DNA of 64,000 nt from positions 19,240 to 83,239 of the forward strand of contig NZ_RHLG01000006.1 in the NCBI RefSeq assembly GCF_003712105.1. The letters are read 5' to 3'. Below, in pieces: positions 1-10,298 of this stretch. Position 1 is the stretch's first letter; each line of letters begins with the position of its first letter. A program made the translations under genes and the position numbers. This stretch comes from Winogradskyella sp. (lineage in GTDB: Bacteria; Bacteroidota; Bacteroidia; Flavobacteriales; Flavobacteriaceae). The notes beneath the pieces were generated by a model. That model made no database searches. It was given only the letters and a program-made list of their open reading frames with translations, and had not been told where the DNA came from.

Positions 1-8
1 TACATTTG
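1..8 (+). promoter_or_regulatory. Bacteroidetes sigma70 -7 box (TACATTTG) upstream of porU
   Basis: Matches TAnnTTTG, 53 nt before the ATG at 61; the -33 box would lie outside the window. Confidence 0.5.
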
Positions 9-60
9 AAATAAAAAGAGCTAACCTATAATAAGGCATAATCTTATGCGTTAATTTACC

Positions 61-3000
61 ATGAAAAAGAACTTTACTGTTTTCTTATTAGTGATAAGTT
101 TCTTCTGTTTTTCTCAACAAAAACAATTTACAATTAATTGGAATGGGAATAGAACATTGGAAACGGCTTACACCAAAATAGAAGTTCCTGCCTTCGATAA
201 TGAGCATTTTAGTTATAGCACAGAAACCGGCCTTGTATACTTTGCAGAATGGAAGGAAAATAGCCCGATAAATGAAGCTAGTGTTGCTTTAGAAAATGTA
301 AATTATGTTCCTATTTCAAGGTCAGAACTAAAAGATATTGAGCTAAACACAATACCTAATAATGTTAATTTAAAACTTTCGAACATTAATGCTAGGGGTA
401 AAAAATCTGTTTTTCTAGAATTACAACCTATAATTAAAGAGGGTAATTCCTATAAAAAAGTCAACAGCTTTACAATTAGTTATAATTCTCAAAGTGTTAA
501 TCGTTCTGCTAATGCTTCTTCCTTTAGAACAATAAGTAATTCGGTGCTTGCATCTGGTGATTGGTATCGCTTTTATGTAGATACCACCGGTGTGCATCGA
601 TTATCAAGAGATTTTATTAGTCAATTAGGTGTCAATGTAAATTCAGTAGACCCAAGAACAATAAAAATATATGGTAATGGTGGTGCAATGTTACCGTATT
701 TAAATTCAGAACCTCATGAAATAGATTTAACAGAAAACGCTGTACAATTTATAGGTGAGGCTGATGGTAGTTTTGATAATGAAGATTTTATTTTGTTTTA
801 CGCACAAGGACCACAAGGTTTTATTCAAGAGCAAAATTCTAATTTGAATTTGTATACAGATAAGACCTATTATTACCTTAATATTAGCAGTGGAAATGGT
901 AAACGCATCACCAACTTACCTCAAATAGATCAAGCTCCAGATATTATAATAAATACTTTTGAAGATTATGATTTTTATGAAGTTGATGAGTTTAATTTAG
1001 TAAAATTAGGTAGGCGATGGTTTGGTGATAAGTTCGATATTGAAACTCAAAGATCATATACGTTTAATATTCCAAATGTAAATTCGGCTGTTCCAGTATC
1101 AGTTAATATGGCATTTGGTTCTGTATCAGAGTTACCATCGTCCATGAATGTTTCAGTTAATGGGAATCCTACAACTGTTAATTTGCCGCCAATAAACCCG
1201 GATAGCTTTATTTTAGCTAATAGTGCTGTATTAAATACCGATGTCACAGTTTCAGGAGAGACCTTAGAAATTAATATTGAATATGATAATGGTGGTAATC
1301 CAATAGCGTCAGGATATCTAGATTATATAATAGTTAATTCTTCAAGAGGATTACAATATATAGATGAGCAATTATTTTTTGAAAATAGTGACGTTGTTTC
1401 TGCTTCTGGCATAGCTCAATATAATATTAACAATGCGTCGCAGGTTAATCAAGTTTGGGACGTTACTGATATTTTTAATGTTCAATCTTTTGAAAATACA
1501 GAATCAACTTCTGAGATAAATCTCAAGGCTAATGCCGGTCAACTAAGAAATTATGTTGCTTTTTCTAATTCTGATGCATTTATACCTAAGCGAGAAGCCA
1601 TTAGTCAAGTGGCCAATCAAAACTTAAAAGGCACCATATTTCAAAACAGTCAAGGTCAATTTCAAGACATTGATTATTTATTATTTACACCTCAATTGTT
1701 TTTATCTCAGGCTGAAAGATTAGCAGAGATTAATCGTATTCAAAATAATTTAAATGTAAAGGTTGTGACACTTCAAGAGGTGTATAACGAGTTCAGTTCA
1801 GGAAATCAAGATATTGCTGCCATACGAAACTTTATTCGCTACGTCTATGATAATGCAAGTTCTGACGAAAACCGTGTCAAATATCTGGGCTTTTTTGGTG
1901 ATACCTCTTACGATTATAAAGACCGAATTAATAATAATACCAATTTTGTGCCAACATGGTTTTCTTTAAATAGTTCAAGCGTTACAAATTCACTCTTATC
2001 TGATGATTTTTTTGGAATGATGGATGACGATGAAGGTACGCTATCAGCAACCGATAGGTTAGACATAGCTGTGGGTAGAATGCTAGCAGATAGTCCAACC
2101 AGAGCTAAACAGATTGTAGACAAAATAGAAGCTTATTATGCTCAAGAATCTTTTGGGAGTTGGCGTAACAATGTACTTTTAGTGTCTGATGACGTTGATG
2201 AAGCTTTCGAAAAAATATTACAAGAAACAACCGATGATGTTGGTGCCGAACTAAAAACGGAAAAACCTTTTATTAACTCGCTAAAGGTGCATACAGATTC
2301 TTTTCAGCAGCAATCGTCTGCCGGTGGTGATAGATATCCGGAGGTCAATAGTGCAATTCGTAACGCTATTGATGTCGGGGTGTTACTTGTTAATTATTTT
2401 GGTCATGGCGGAGAGCTTGGACTAGCCAATGAACGAATTTTTGATATCAATGATTCACAAGAGGTAAGTAATAACTGCAGGTTTAATTGTTTTGTAACTG
2501 TCACTTGCGAATATACTAAGTACGATAATCCCGATTTACCTACAGCTGGAGAGTTTACCTATTGGAACACAAATGGAGGAGCAATTGCACTAATAACAAC
2601 TACACGTCAAATTTTTGTAACTGTAGGGACAAATTACAACGAGGTTCTTGAAGACTATATCTTTGCTTATGGGTCCAATGAATATCCAACCATGGCTGAG
2701 GCTTTAAGATTAACAAAATTAGATCCACAGATAGCTGGTAGTTTCCAAAAACGGCTTGTTCATTTCATTGGAGATCCAGGAATGAAATTGGCTGTGCCAA
2801 GACCTAATATTAGGTTAACTCAAATAAATGATGTGCCAATTACTCAAACCACTGATGTTCTGCAAGCTTTAGGTCGGGTAAAAATGTCTGGCGAGGTAGT
2901 TGATGAAAGTGGTAATCTTTTATCTAACTATAATGGTGTACTTACAGCAACAGTATATGACAAAGAAATAGAGCGTGAAACTCTCGCAAATGACGGAGTT

Positions 3001-3954
3001 CTCCAATGCAATATCCCTGGAGTATCATTGCAAAATTGTCCACCTCCAAATAGAGTGCCTATAAAATTAAATTTTACCACACTTGGAGAAATCATATTTA
3101 AAGGTCAAGCAACTATTGAAAATGGCCGATTCAATTTTAATTTTGTTGTTCCTAGAGATATAGGAATACCAGTAGGTCAAGGTAAAGTTAGTTTTTATGC
3201 AAAGCGGAATAATGCACTTGAGGACCAAACAGGCTATAGTTTAGATATTCAAGTTGGTGGTATTAATGATAATGCCGAAGAGGATAATATTGGGCCATTA
3301 ATTAATCTATTCATGAATGATGAAAACTTTGTTTCTGGAGGTATTACTAATGAATCACCTACATTATTAGTGAAATTACAAGACGATAATGGAATTAATA
3401 CAGCAAGTGGTATAGGACATGATATTACTGCAATATTGGATGGAGATGAGACGAACCCGTTTGTGCTAAATGATTATTACCAAGCTAATATAGATGACTT
3501 CACCAACGGAACAGTAACCTTTGGTTTTAGAGATTTAGAGGCAGGCCCTCATACATTGACAGTAAAAGCTTGGGATGTATATAATAATTCATCAACATCC
3601 GAAATTCAATTTACCGTCTTTAATAACAATGAAGAGCTTGTCATAGATAATGTACTTAATTATCCAAATCCATTTGTCGATTATACCGAGTTTTGGTTTA
3701 ACCATAACAGTAGTGATGTTTTAGATATTTCTGTGCAAATATTTACAGTTTCAGGCAAACTGGTAAGAACATTGAACGGCCAAACAAATACGTCGGGCAA
3801 ATCTACAAGCACCTTATCTAGAGATATTGTTTGGGACGGTAGAGATGATTTTGGTGATAAAATTGGTAAAGGCGTATACATTTATAAACTAAAAGTAAAA
3901 TCTCAGCGTTTAAACAAACAGATAGAAAAAATCGAAAAACTTGTTATACTCTAA
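61..3954 (+). CDS. porU: Type IX secretion system sortase PorU (gingipain-like C25 peptidase)
   Basis: 1297 aa, signal peptide, C25 motifs GRMLAD, YFGHGG (His) and TVTCE (Cys), C-terminal NYPNPF...GVYIYKLKV CTD; directly upstream of porV. Confidence 0.95.
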   Translation: MKKNFTVFLLVISFFCFSQQKQFTINWNGNRTLETAYTKIEVPAFDNEHFSYSTETGLVYFAEWKENSPINEASVALENVNYVPISRSELKDIELNTIPNNVNLKLSNINARGKKSVFLELQPIIKEGNSYKKVNSFTISYNSQSVNRSANASSFRTISNSVLASGDWYRFYVDTTGVHRLSRDFISQLGVNVNSVDPRTIKIYGNGGAMLPYLNSEPHEIDLTENAVQFIGEADGSFDNEDFILFYAQGPQGFIQEQNSNLNLYTDKTYYYLNISSGNGKRITNLPQIDQAPDIIINTFEDYDFYEVDEFNLVKLGRRWFGDKFDIETQRSYTFNIPNVNSAVPVSVNMAFGSVSELPSSMNVSVNGNPTTVNLPPINPDSFILANSAVLNTDVTVSGETLEINIEYDNGGNPIASGYLDYIIVNSSRGLQYIDEQLFFENSDVVSASGIAQYNINNASQVNQVWDVTDIFNVQSFENTESTSEINLKANAGQLRNYVAFSNSDAFIPKREAISQVANQNLKGTIFQNSQGQFQDIDYLLFTPQLFLSQAERLAEINRIQNNLNVKVVTLQEVYNEFSSGNQDIAAIRNFIRYVYDNASSDENRVKYLGFFGDTSYDYKDRINNNTNFVPTWFSLNSSSVTNSLLSDDFFGMMDDDEGTLSATDRLDIAVGRMLADSPTRAKQIVDKIEAYYAQESFGSWRNNVLLVSDDVDEAFEKILQETTDDVGAELKTEKPFINSLKVHTDSFQQQSSAGGDRYPEVNSAIRNAIDVGVLLVNYFGHGGELGLANERIFDINDSQEVSNNCRFNCFVTVTCEYTKYDNPDLPTAGEFTYWNTNGGAIALITTTRQIFVTVGTNYNEVLEDYIFAYGSNEYPTMAEALRLTKLDPQIAGSFQKRLVHFIGDPGMKLAVPRPNIRLTQINDVPITQTTDVLQALGRVKMSGEVVDESGNLLSNYNGVLTATVYDKEIERETLANDGVLQCNIPGVSLQNCPPPNRVPIKLNFTTLGEIIFKGQATIENGRFNFNFVVPRDIGIPVGQGKVSFYAKRNNALEDQTGYSLDIQVGGINDNAEEDNIGPLINLFMNDENFVSGGITNESPTLLVKLQDDNGINTASGIGHDITAILDGDETNPFVLNDYYQANIDDFTNGTVTFGFRDLEAGPHTLTVKAWDVYNNSSTSEIQFTVFNNNEELVIDNVLNYPNPFVDYTEFWFNHNSSDVLDISVQIFTVSGKLVRTLNGQTNTSGKSTSTLSRDIVWDGRDDFGDKIGKGVYIYKLKVKSQRLNKQIEKIEKLVIL

Positions 3955-3962
3955 TAATAATT

Positions 3963-3970
3963 TATATTTG
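3963..3970 (+). promoter_or_regulatory. -7 box TATATTTG upstream of porV
   Basis: Exact TAnnTTTG, 50 nt before the ATG at 4020. Confidence 0.5.
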
Positions 3971-4019
3971 TTAACAGTTATTAACTTTTATTTCGACGGT
4001 TTAACTACAAAAAATTAGA

Positions 4020-5219
4020 ATGAAAAATATTTTATCTATTATACTAACATTTGCATTAGTAAATGTATCTTTTTCACAAGAGACCATTGTTTTTCCAGAT
4101 CAATCTTCAGTTATTACAACCGGTATACCATTTATGTTGGTAGCTCCTGATGCACGTTCTGCATCAATGGGAGATATGGGTGTTGCGACTTCTGTAGACG
4201 GTTTTTCTCAGCAATATAATCCAGCTAAGTATGCCTTTTCTGAGACCAAATCTGGATTAAGCTTAAGCTTTACACCATATCTTACCAGATTAGTTAATGA
4301 TATATCTATAAGTTATGCAACATATTTCAATAGATTAAATGATTACAGTGCTGTTTCTGCAAGTATCAAATATTTCAGTTTAGGAGAAATTGTGCTTACA
4401 CAAGATGCGAGCACACCAGGTGTTCCTGTAAAACCTAATGAATATGCAGTAGATGTGGCGTATTCTTTAAAATTGGCGGATCAATTTGCAATGGCAGTAG
4501 GTTTAAGATATTTCAGATCGGCCTTACGTATTGGTCAAGTAGATCCAAATGCAAATCCGGGTAGTTCTTTCGGTGCAGATATAACAGGGTATTATCAAAG
4601 TGAAGAAAACGCATATAACGATTTTAATGGTCGTTGGAGATTAGGTTTTGCTATCCAAAATCTTGGACCTAAGTTTAGCTATGATGACGCTGGTCAAGAT
4701 GTGTTTCAGCCTACTAATTTAAGATTGGGTGGTGGTTTTGATTTTATATTTGATCAAAACAGTAAACTAGGTTTAACGGCTGAGGTTTCTAAACTTCTAG
4801 TACCTACACCTCCAGAATTAGGTTTTGTAGATACAGATGATGATGGTGTACAAGATGCTGATGAACCAACAATAATTACGGCAGGACAAGATAATGATGT
4901 GAGTTTCTTGTCGGGAGTTTTCCAATCTTTTGGTGATGCGCCAGGAGGTTTTAGTGAGGAGCTTAAAGAGTTTACATATGCTTTAGGAGCTGAGTATACG
5001 TATAATAACTCATTTGCTCTAAGAGCTGGATATTTTAATGAAGCTGAAGAGAAAGGTGCTCGTAAGTTTTTTGCTTTAGGTGCTGGATTTAAGTACACAA
5101 CAATTCAGTTAGATTTATCATATTTATTCTCTGCTTCAAGAGTTCAGAGTCCGTTAGAGAATACATTGCGTTTTTCATTAACGTTTAATTTTGGTGAAAA
5201 CGAATATGCAGAATATTAA
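4020..5219 (+). CDS. porV: T9SS outer-membrane shuttle PorV
   Basis: ITTGIPFMLVAPDARSASMGD N-terminal motif, beta-barrel-like C-terminus LRFSLTFNF, adjacent to porU. Confidence 0.93.
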   Translation: MKNILSIILTFALVNVSFSQETIVFPDQSSVITTGIPFMLVAPDARSASMGDMGVATSVDGFSQQYNPAKYAFSETKSGLSLSFTPYLTRLVNDISISYATYFNRLNDYSAVSASIKYFSLGEIVLTQDASTPGVPVKPNEYAVDVAYSLKLADQFAMAVGLRYFRSALRIGQVDPNANPGSSFGADITGYYQSEENAYNDFNGRWRLGFAIQNLGPKFSYDDAGQDVFQPTNLRLGGGFDFIFDQNSKLGLTAEVSKLLVPTPPELGFVDTDDDGVQDADEPTIITAGQDNDVSFLSGVFQSFGDAPGGFSEELKEFTYALGAEYTYNNSFALRAGYFNEAEEKGARKFFALGAGFKYTTIQLDLSYLFSASRVQSPLENTLRFSLTFNFGENEYAEY

Positions 5220-5242
5220 TAGTATCATTTAGGATGAATAAC

Positions 5243-5274
5243 AAAGACTATTGTTGAAAGACAATAGTTTTTTT
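5243..5274 (+). terminator. Rho-independent terminator after porV
   Basis: actattgt/acaatagt 8-bp stem, 6-nt loop, following T tract. Confidence 0.7.
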
Positions 5275-5291
5275 GTCTGTAGACGTTTCTT

Positions 5292-5774
5292 ATGAAGGAA
5301 GTAAAAATAGAAAGCACACTCCAAGTTTTTGACTCAATTACTGAGTTGCCAGAAGATATTCAGGAGTTAATGAGTGTTGCTATTGAAGCACGGGAGAAAG
5401 CGTATGCACCATATTCAAAATTTAATGTTGGTGCTGCTATTTTATTAGATAATAATGAAGTGGTTTCTGGTAGCAATCAAGAAAATGCGTCTTATCCTTC
5501 AGGACTTTGTGCTGAACGAACTGCCATTTATTATGCTGGAGCAAAATACCCTAATTCCAAAATGCTAAAAATGGCGCTTACTGCATCTTCTCAAAATCAA
5601 TTAACCGATAAACCTATTCCACCATGCGGAGCATGTAGACAAGCTATCGCAGAATATGAGATTAAACAAAACTTACCCATCGAAATCTATTTTATGGGTG
5701 CAAAAGGTAAGGTTGTAAAATCCGAATCTTTGGTGAATCTCCTACCTTTAGTTTTCGAAAGTTCTGTACTCTAA
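5292..5774 (+). CDS. cdd: Cytidine deaminase
   Basis: AYAPYSKFNVGAA, CAERTA and PCGACRQ zinc motifs. Confidence 0.93.
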   Translation: MKEVKIESTLQVFDSITELPEDIQELMSVAIEAREKAYAPYSKFNVGAAILLDNNEVVSGSNQENASYPSGLCAERTAIYYAGAKYPNSKMLKMALTASSQNQLTDKPIPPCGACRQAIAEYEIKQNLPIEIYFMGAKGKVVKSESLVNLLPLVFESSVL

Positions 5775-5848
5775 CGTTTTCGTATAAATTAACGTTACAA
5801 ATTGCACATTTTTACAAATTTGTTTTTCTTGGTTTTAGCTTAAAACAT

Positions 5849-5856
5849 TATTTTTG
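5849..5856 (+). promoter_or_regulatory. -7 box TATTTTTG upstream of pdhA
   Basis: TAnnTTTG, 54 nt before the ATG at 5910. Confidence 0.45.
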
Positions 5857-5909
5857 TTTTTCGGCTTTGGGGTAAATACAAAGCATTTATTATTGATAGT
5901 ATTACATAA

Positions 5910-6908
5910 ATGGAAAAAGTAACAAAAGAGGTTTACCTTAAATGGTATGAAGACATGTTATTTTGGCGTAAGTTCGAAGACAAACTTGCAGCTGTATATA
6001 TTCAACAAAAAGTAAGAGGTTTTCTTCATTTGTATAATGGGCAAGAAGCAGTTTTAGCTGGGGCATTGCACGCAATGGATTTAACTAAAGACAAAATGAT
6101 TACTGCTTATCGTAATCACGTTCAACCAATTGGTATGGGAGTTGACCCTAAACGCGTAATGGCTGAGCTTTACGGTAAAGCAACAGGAACTTCACAAGGA
6201 TTAGGTGGTTCTATGCATATATTTTCTAAGGAGCATCGTTTTTACGGAGGTCACGGTATAGTAGGTGGCCAAATTCCTTTAGGTGCAGGTATCGCTTTTG
6301 GTGATAAATACCATGGTAGCGATGCAGTGACGTTATGTTGTTTTGGAGATGGTGCAGCAAGACAAGGTTCGCTTCATGAATCGTTTAATTTAGCGATGCT
6401 TTGGAATTTACCTGTAATATTTGTGTGCGAGAATAATGGTTATGCAATGGGAACTTCTGTAGAACGTACAGCAAACCATACAGATATTTGGAAACTAGGT
6501 TTAGGTTATGAAATGCCATGTGGACCAGTTGACGGTATGAATCCTGTTAAAGTTGCTGAAGCTTTCGATGAAGCAATTCAGCGTGCAAGAAATGGTGGTG
6601 GCCCAACATTCTTAGAAGTGAAGACATATAGATATAGAGGACATTCAATGTCAGATGCACAGCATTACAGAACAAAGGACGAGGTTGAAGAGTACAAAAA
6701 AATTGACCCTATAAAACAGGTTAAAGACATTCTCCTAGAAAAGAAATACGCAACTGAAGATGACATAAAAGTTATCGATAAGCGTGTGAAAGACTTAGTG
6801 TCCGAATGTGAAAAATTCGCAGAAGAATCTCCATATCCAGAAAAGAATGTGATGTACGATTCAGTATACGAGCAAGAAGATTATCCATTTATACAACATA
6901 AATTATAA
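5910..6908 (+). CDS. pdhA: Pyruvate dehydrogenase E1 alpha subunit
   Basis: GFLHLYNGQEA, TPP motif GDGA...NN, YRYRGHSMSD. Confidence 0.96.
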   Translation: MEKVTKEVYLKWYEDMLFWRKFEDKLAAVYIQQKVRGFLHLYNGQEAVLAGALHAMDLTKDKMITAYRNHVQPIGMGVDPKRVMAELYGKATGTSQGLGGSMHIFSKEHRFYGGHGIVGGQIPLGAGIAFGDKYHGSDAVTLCCFGDGAARQGSLHESFNLAMLWNLPVIFVCENNGYAMGTSVERTANHTDIWKLGLGYEMPCGPVDGMNPVKVAEAFDEAIQRARNGGGPTFLEVKTYRYRGHSMSDAQHYRTKDEVEEYKKIDPIKQVKDILLEKKYATEDDIKVIDKRVKDLVSECEKFAEESPYPEKNVMYDSVYEQEDYPFIQHKL

Positions 6909-6911
6909 GCT

Positions 6912-8540
6912 ATGGCAGAAGTAATTAATATGCCACGACTTAGCGATACCATGGAAGAAGGTACCGTTGCTACATGGCTAAAACAAGTAGGTGATAAGGT
7001 TGAAGAAGGTGATATTTTAGCTGAAATTGAAACTGACAAAGCTACAATGGAGTTCGAGTCTTTTCACGAAGGAACACTACTTCATATTGGTGTGCAAGAA
7101 GGTGAAACAACAAAAGTTGATGCGTTGCTAGCTATTATCGGTGACGAAGGCGAAGACATTTCTGGACTTTTAAATGGAAATGCTTCTGAAATAAAGGAAG
7201 AAGATGTCACTCTGAGCGCAGTCGAAGAGTCTAAAAGTGATTCTGGGTCACTGAGCGAAGTCGAGGTGCCTGAAGGAGTTGTAGTAGTTACTATGCCACG
7301 ACTTAGCGATACTATGGAAGAAGGTACTGTGGCAACATGGTTAAAAAAGGTAGGAGATACTGTAGAAGAAGGCGACATACTCGCTGAAATCGAAACAGAT
7401 AAAGCTACAATGGAGTTTGAATCGTTCAACGCTGGTACTCTGTTGCATGTTGGGCTACAAGAAGGAGATTCTGCTAAAGTAGATGCATTGCTAGCAATCA
7501 TTGGACCTGCTGGTACAGATGTGTCAAATGTGGCAAAAAACTTCAAGGTTGTTGGTGAAGCAAAACCAGAACCTAAAAAAGAAGAGAAAAAAGTTGAGGC
7601 TCCAAAAGCTGCTGAGCCTAAAAAAGAGAGCGTTGCTTCAAGTGCTGCTAAACCTAGTCCAGCACCAGTTTCTAGTAATGGCCGAATTTTTGTTTCTCCA
7701 TTAGCCAAGAAAATGGCAGAGGAAAAGGGAATTAATTTAAATCAAGTTAGTGGCTCTGGAGAAAATGGTAGAATTATAAAACGCGATATAGAAAACTTTA
7801 CACCTGCAGCTGCCGCAACGTCATCAGCTCCAGTTGCCAAATTTGTGCCTTCTGGTCAAGAAGATTTTGATGAGGTTCCAAATAGCAACATGCGTAAAGC
7901 TATTGCTAAAAATTTAGCAAAATCTAAGTTTACTGCACCACATTACTACCTTAACGTAGAGTTCGACATGGATAATGCTATAGCGTTTAGAGCGCAATAC
8001 AATTCATTGCCAGACACTAAGATATCGTATAACGATATGGTTGTTAAAGCATGTGCTTTAGCATTACGTCAGCATCCGCAAGTAAATTCTCGCTGGTTCG
8101 ATGACCATATGCAGTTAAATAATCATGTGCATATTGGTGTTGCAGTTGCAGTGCCTGATGGTTTAGTTGTGCCTGTGGTTAGATTTGCAAATGAGCAAAG
8201 TTTGCCGCAAATTGGTGCAGCTGTAAAGGATTATGCCAAACGAGCTCGTGATAAGAAATTAACATTAGATGAAATGGATGGCAGTACATTTACTATATCT
8301 AACTTAGGTATGTTTGGTATTGAAAGTTTTACATCTATAATTAATCAGCCAAATTCGGCAATTTTATCAGTCGGTGCAATAGTGTCGAAGCCAGTTGTAA
8401 AGAATGGCGTGGTAGTTCCTGGTAATACTATGAAGTTAACCATGGCTTGTGATCACAGAACAGTTGATGGTGCAACAGGAGCACAATTCCTTCAAACATT
8501 AAAAGGATATATTGAAAATCCTGTAACAATGTTAGTGTAA
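6912..8540 (+). CDS. pdhC: Pyruvate dehydrogenase E2 dihydrolipoamide acetyltransferase, two lipoyl domains
   Basis: Two ETDKATME lipoyl motifs, PSBD (SPLAKK...GSGENGRI), catalytic DHRTVDG. Confidence 0.95.
   Translation: MAEVINMPRLSDTMEEGTVATWLKQVGDKVEEGDILAEIETDKATMEFESFHEGTLLHIGVQEGETTKVDALLAIIGDEGEDISGLLNGNASEIKEEDVTLSAVEESKSDSGSLSEVEVPEGVVVVTMPRLSDTMEEGTVATWLKKVGDTVEEGDILAEIETDKATMEFESFNAGTLLHVGLQEGDSAKVDALLAIIGPAGTDVSNVAKNFKVVGEAKPEPKKEEKKVEAPKAAEPKKESVASSAAKPSPAPVSSNGRIFVSPLAKKMAEEKGINLNQVSGSGENGRIIKRDIENFTPAAAATSSAPVAKFVPSGQEDFDEVPNSNMRKAIAKNLAKSKFTAPHYYLNVEFDMDNAIAFRAQYNSLPDTKISYNDMVVKACALALRQHPQVNSRWFDDHMQLNNHVHIGVAVAVPDGLVVPVVRFANEQSLPQIGAAVKDYAKRARDKKLTLDEMDGSTFTISNLGMFGIESFTSIINQPNSAILSVGAIVSKPVVKNGVVVPGNTMKLTMACDHRTVDGATGAQFLQTLKGYIENPVTMLV
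7206..7232 (+). repeat. REP-like hairpin copy 1, in frame in pdhC (GTCA-CTCT-GAGCGCAGTCGA-AGAG-TCT)
   Basis: 26/27 nt identical to the reverse complement of 45129-45155; encodes VTLSAVEES. Confidence 0.85.
7247..7269 (+). repeat. REP-like hairpin copy 2, in frame in pdhC (CACT-GAGCGAAGTCGA-GGTG)
   Basis: Same core as copy 1, direct orientation, 14 nt downstream; encodes SLSEVEV. Confidence 0.8.
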
Positions 8541-8564
8541 AAATAAATTATAACTAGATATAAG

Positions 8565-8598
8565 ACCTGATTTGAAGCATTTCGAATCAGGTTTTTTT
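8565..8598 (+). terminator. Rho-independent terminator after pdhC
   Basis: acctgatttgaa/ttcgaatcaggt 12-bp stem (one G:T pair), GCAT loop, T tract. Confidence 0.8.
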
Positions 8599-8623
8599 AT
8601 CTTTAAGACTTTAAAAAGTAAAA

Positions 8624-9622
8624 ATGAAAAAACACAGTACAGTACTTATAATTTTATGTCTAGTCATTTCTTCTTGTGGTTTAACTACTAAAGGTCAAAA
8701 TGGAGCAAAAGGAAAAGACGGCGAAAATTCTAAAACGATAACGATAACAAAAGATGAGGTTAAAGATATAGTGTCGTATTTGGCTTCAGATGAACTTAAA
8801 GGTAGAAATACTGGCACTGAAGGTATCGAATTAGCCGCAAATTTTATTCAAAAGCAATTTGAAGATAATGGTGTTAAGCCTTTCTTTAAAGGTTTTAGAG
8901 ATGAGTTCAAGTTTAAATCTCGTAAAGATAGTATCACCGGATTTAATGTTGTTGGTTATTTAGAAGGTACTGACGAGAAGCTGAAAAATGAATTTATTGT
9001 TATCGGAGCACATTACGACCATATAGGTTTTGCGAAAAAAGTCGAAAACGATACCATAGCAAATGGTGCAAATGACAATGCGAGTGGTACGGCTGCAGTG
9101 ATGAGTATTGCAAAATATTTTTCAGCTAAAAAGAATAATAAACGTAGCCTGATATTTGCATTATTCTCAGCAGAAGAAATGGGATTGAGAGGCTCTGCAC
9201 ATTTGGCTGAAAAGTTAAAGTCTCAAAATGTTGATTTATACACGATGATAAATTTTGAAATGATAGGTGTGCCTTTTGTAGATAGAGATTACGAAGCCTT
9301 TTTAACGGGTTATGACAAATCTAATTTTGCCGGAAAGTTTAACGAATACTCAGGTTCTAACCTTATCGGATTCTCAGAAGTATCTAAGAAGTACGGCCTA
9401 TTTAAACGTTCAGATAATTTTGCGTTTTATAAATCTTTTGGAGTTCCGAGTCATACTATTTCTTCATGTGACTTAACCAATTTTGACTTTTACCATAAAG
9501 TAGGAGATGAGTCTGATGAAATGAATTATGAATTCATGGCTAATCTTATAAATAAGACAATTCCAGGTATTGAAAAAATAGCAAATACTGCCACAAGAGA
9601 AATTACACTTAATGAAAAGTAA
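8624..9622 (+). CDS. M28 family peptidase, probable lipoprotein
   Basis: Lipobox ISSC; GAHYDH, GANDNASG, AEEMGL and YHKVGD metal-binding motifs. Confidence 0.85.
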   Translation: MKKHSTVLIILCLVISSCGLTTKGQNGAKGKDGENSKTITITKDEVKDIVSYLASDELKGRNTGTEGIELAANFIQKQFEDNGVKPFFKGFRDEFKFKSRKDSITGFNVVGYLEGTDEKLKNEFIVIGAHYDHIGFAKKVENDTIANGANDNASGTAAVMSIAKYFSAKKNNKRSLIFALFSAEEMGLRGSAHLAEKLKSQNVDLYTMINFEMIGVPFVDRDYEAFLTGYDKSNFAGKFNEYSGSNLIGFSEVSKKYGLFKRSDNFAFYKSFGVPSHTISSCDLTNFDFYHKVGDESDEMNYEFMANLINKTIPGIEKIANTATREITLNEK

Positions 9623-10298
9623 GAATATTATAATTACTGGTACAAGTAGAGGTATTGGTTTTGAATTAGTAAAACTATTTCAAGAACAAGGACATCATGT
9701 TTTAGCCTTATCCCGAAATCATAAGCCTATATCAGACTTGAGTTTAACAAATGTAAGTTCTTTTGCTTTCGATTTATCAAAACCAGAAGATTACAGTAAA
9801 GTAGAAGCATTTATCAAGGCTGAATGGCAACACGTTGACGTACTAATTAACAATGCGGGAGTACTGCTAAATAAACCATTTTCTAAAACTACTTTTGAAG
9901 ATTTTTCTAGTATATACCAAACCAATGTTTTTGGTGTTTCCGAGCTAACAAGAGTTGTATTACCTTTTATGAGTAATCATAGCCACGTGGTTACAATAAG
10001 CTCAATGGGCGGCATTCAAGGCAGTATGAAATTTCCAGGTTTAGCTGCTTACAGTTCAAGCAAGGGCGCAGTTATTACACTGACTGAGTTATTAGCCGAA
10101 GAGTATAAAAACTCTGGCCCACAATTTAATGTACTAGCTCTAGGAGCTGTGCAGACAGAAATGCTGGAAGAAGCATTTCCAGATTATAAAGCACCAACTA
10201 CTGCAAAAGAAATGGCAAGCTATATTTTAGACTTTTCTTTAAACGGTAACAAATATTATAACGGAAAAGTACTGCAAGTTTCAAATTCAACGCCTTAA
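9612..10298 (+). CDS. SDR family oxidoreductase
   Basis: TGTSRGIG, NNAG, YSSSK catalytic motif. Confidence 0.9.
   Translation: MKSKNIIITGTSRGIGFELVKLFQEQGHHVLALSRNHKPISDLSLTNVSSFAFDLSKPEDYSKVEAFIKAEWQHVDVLINNAGVLLNKPFSKTTFEDFSSIYQTNVFGVSELTRVVLPFMSNHSHVVTISSMGGIQGSMKFPGLAAYSSSKGAVITLTELLAEEYKNSGPQFNVLALGAVQTEMLEEAFPDYKAPTTAKEMASYILDFSLNGNKYYNGKVLQVSNSTP

Noticed and set aside
5910-8540. pdhB absent between pdhA and pdhC; mlaD absent beside mlaE/mlaF
   Set aside because: Split arrangements are, to my knowledge, usual in Flavobacteriaceae; no sign of deletion scars
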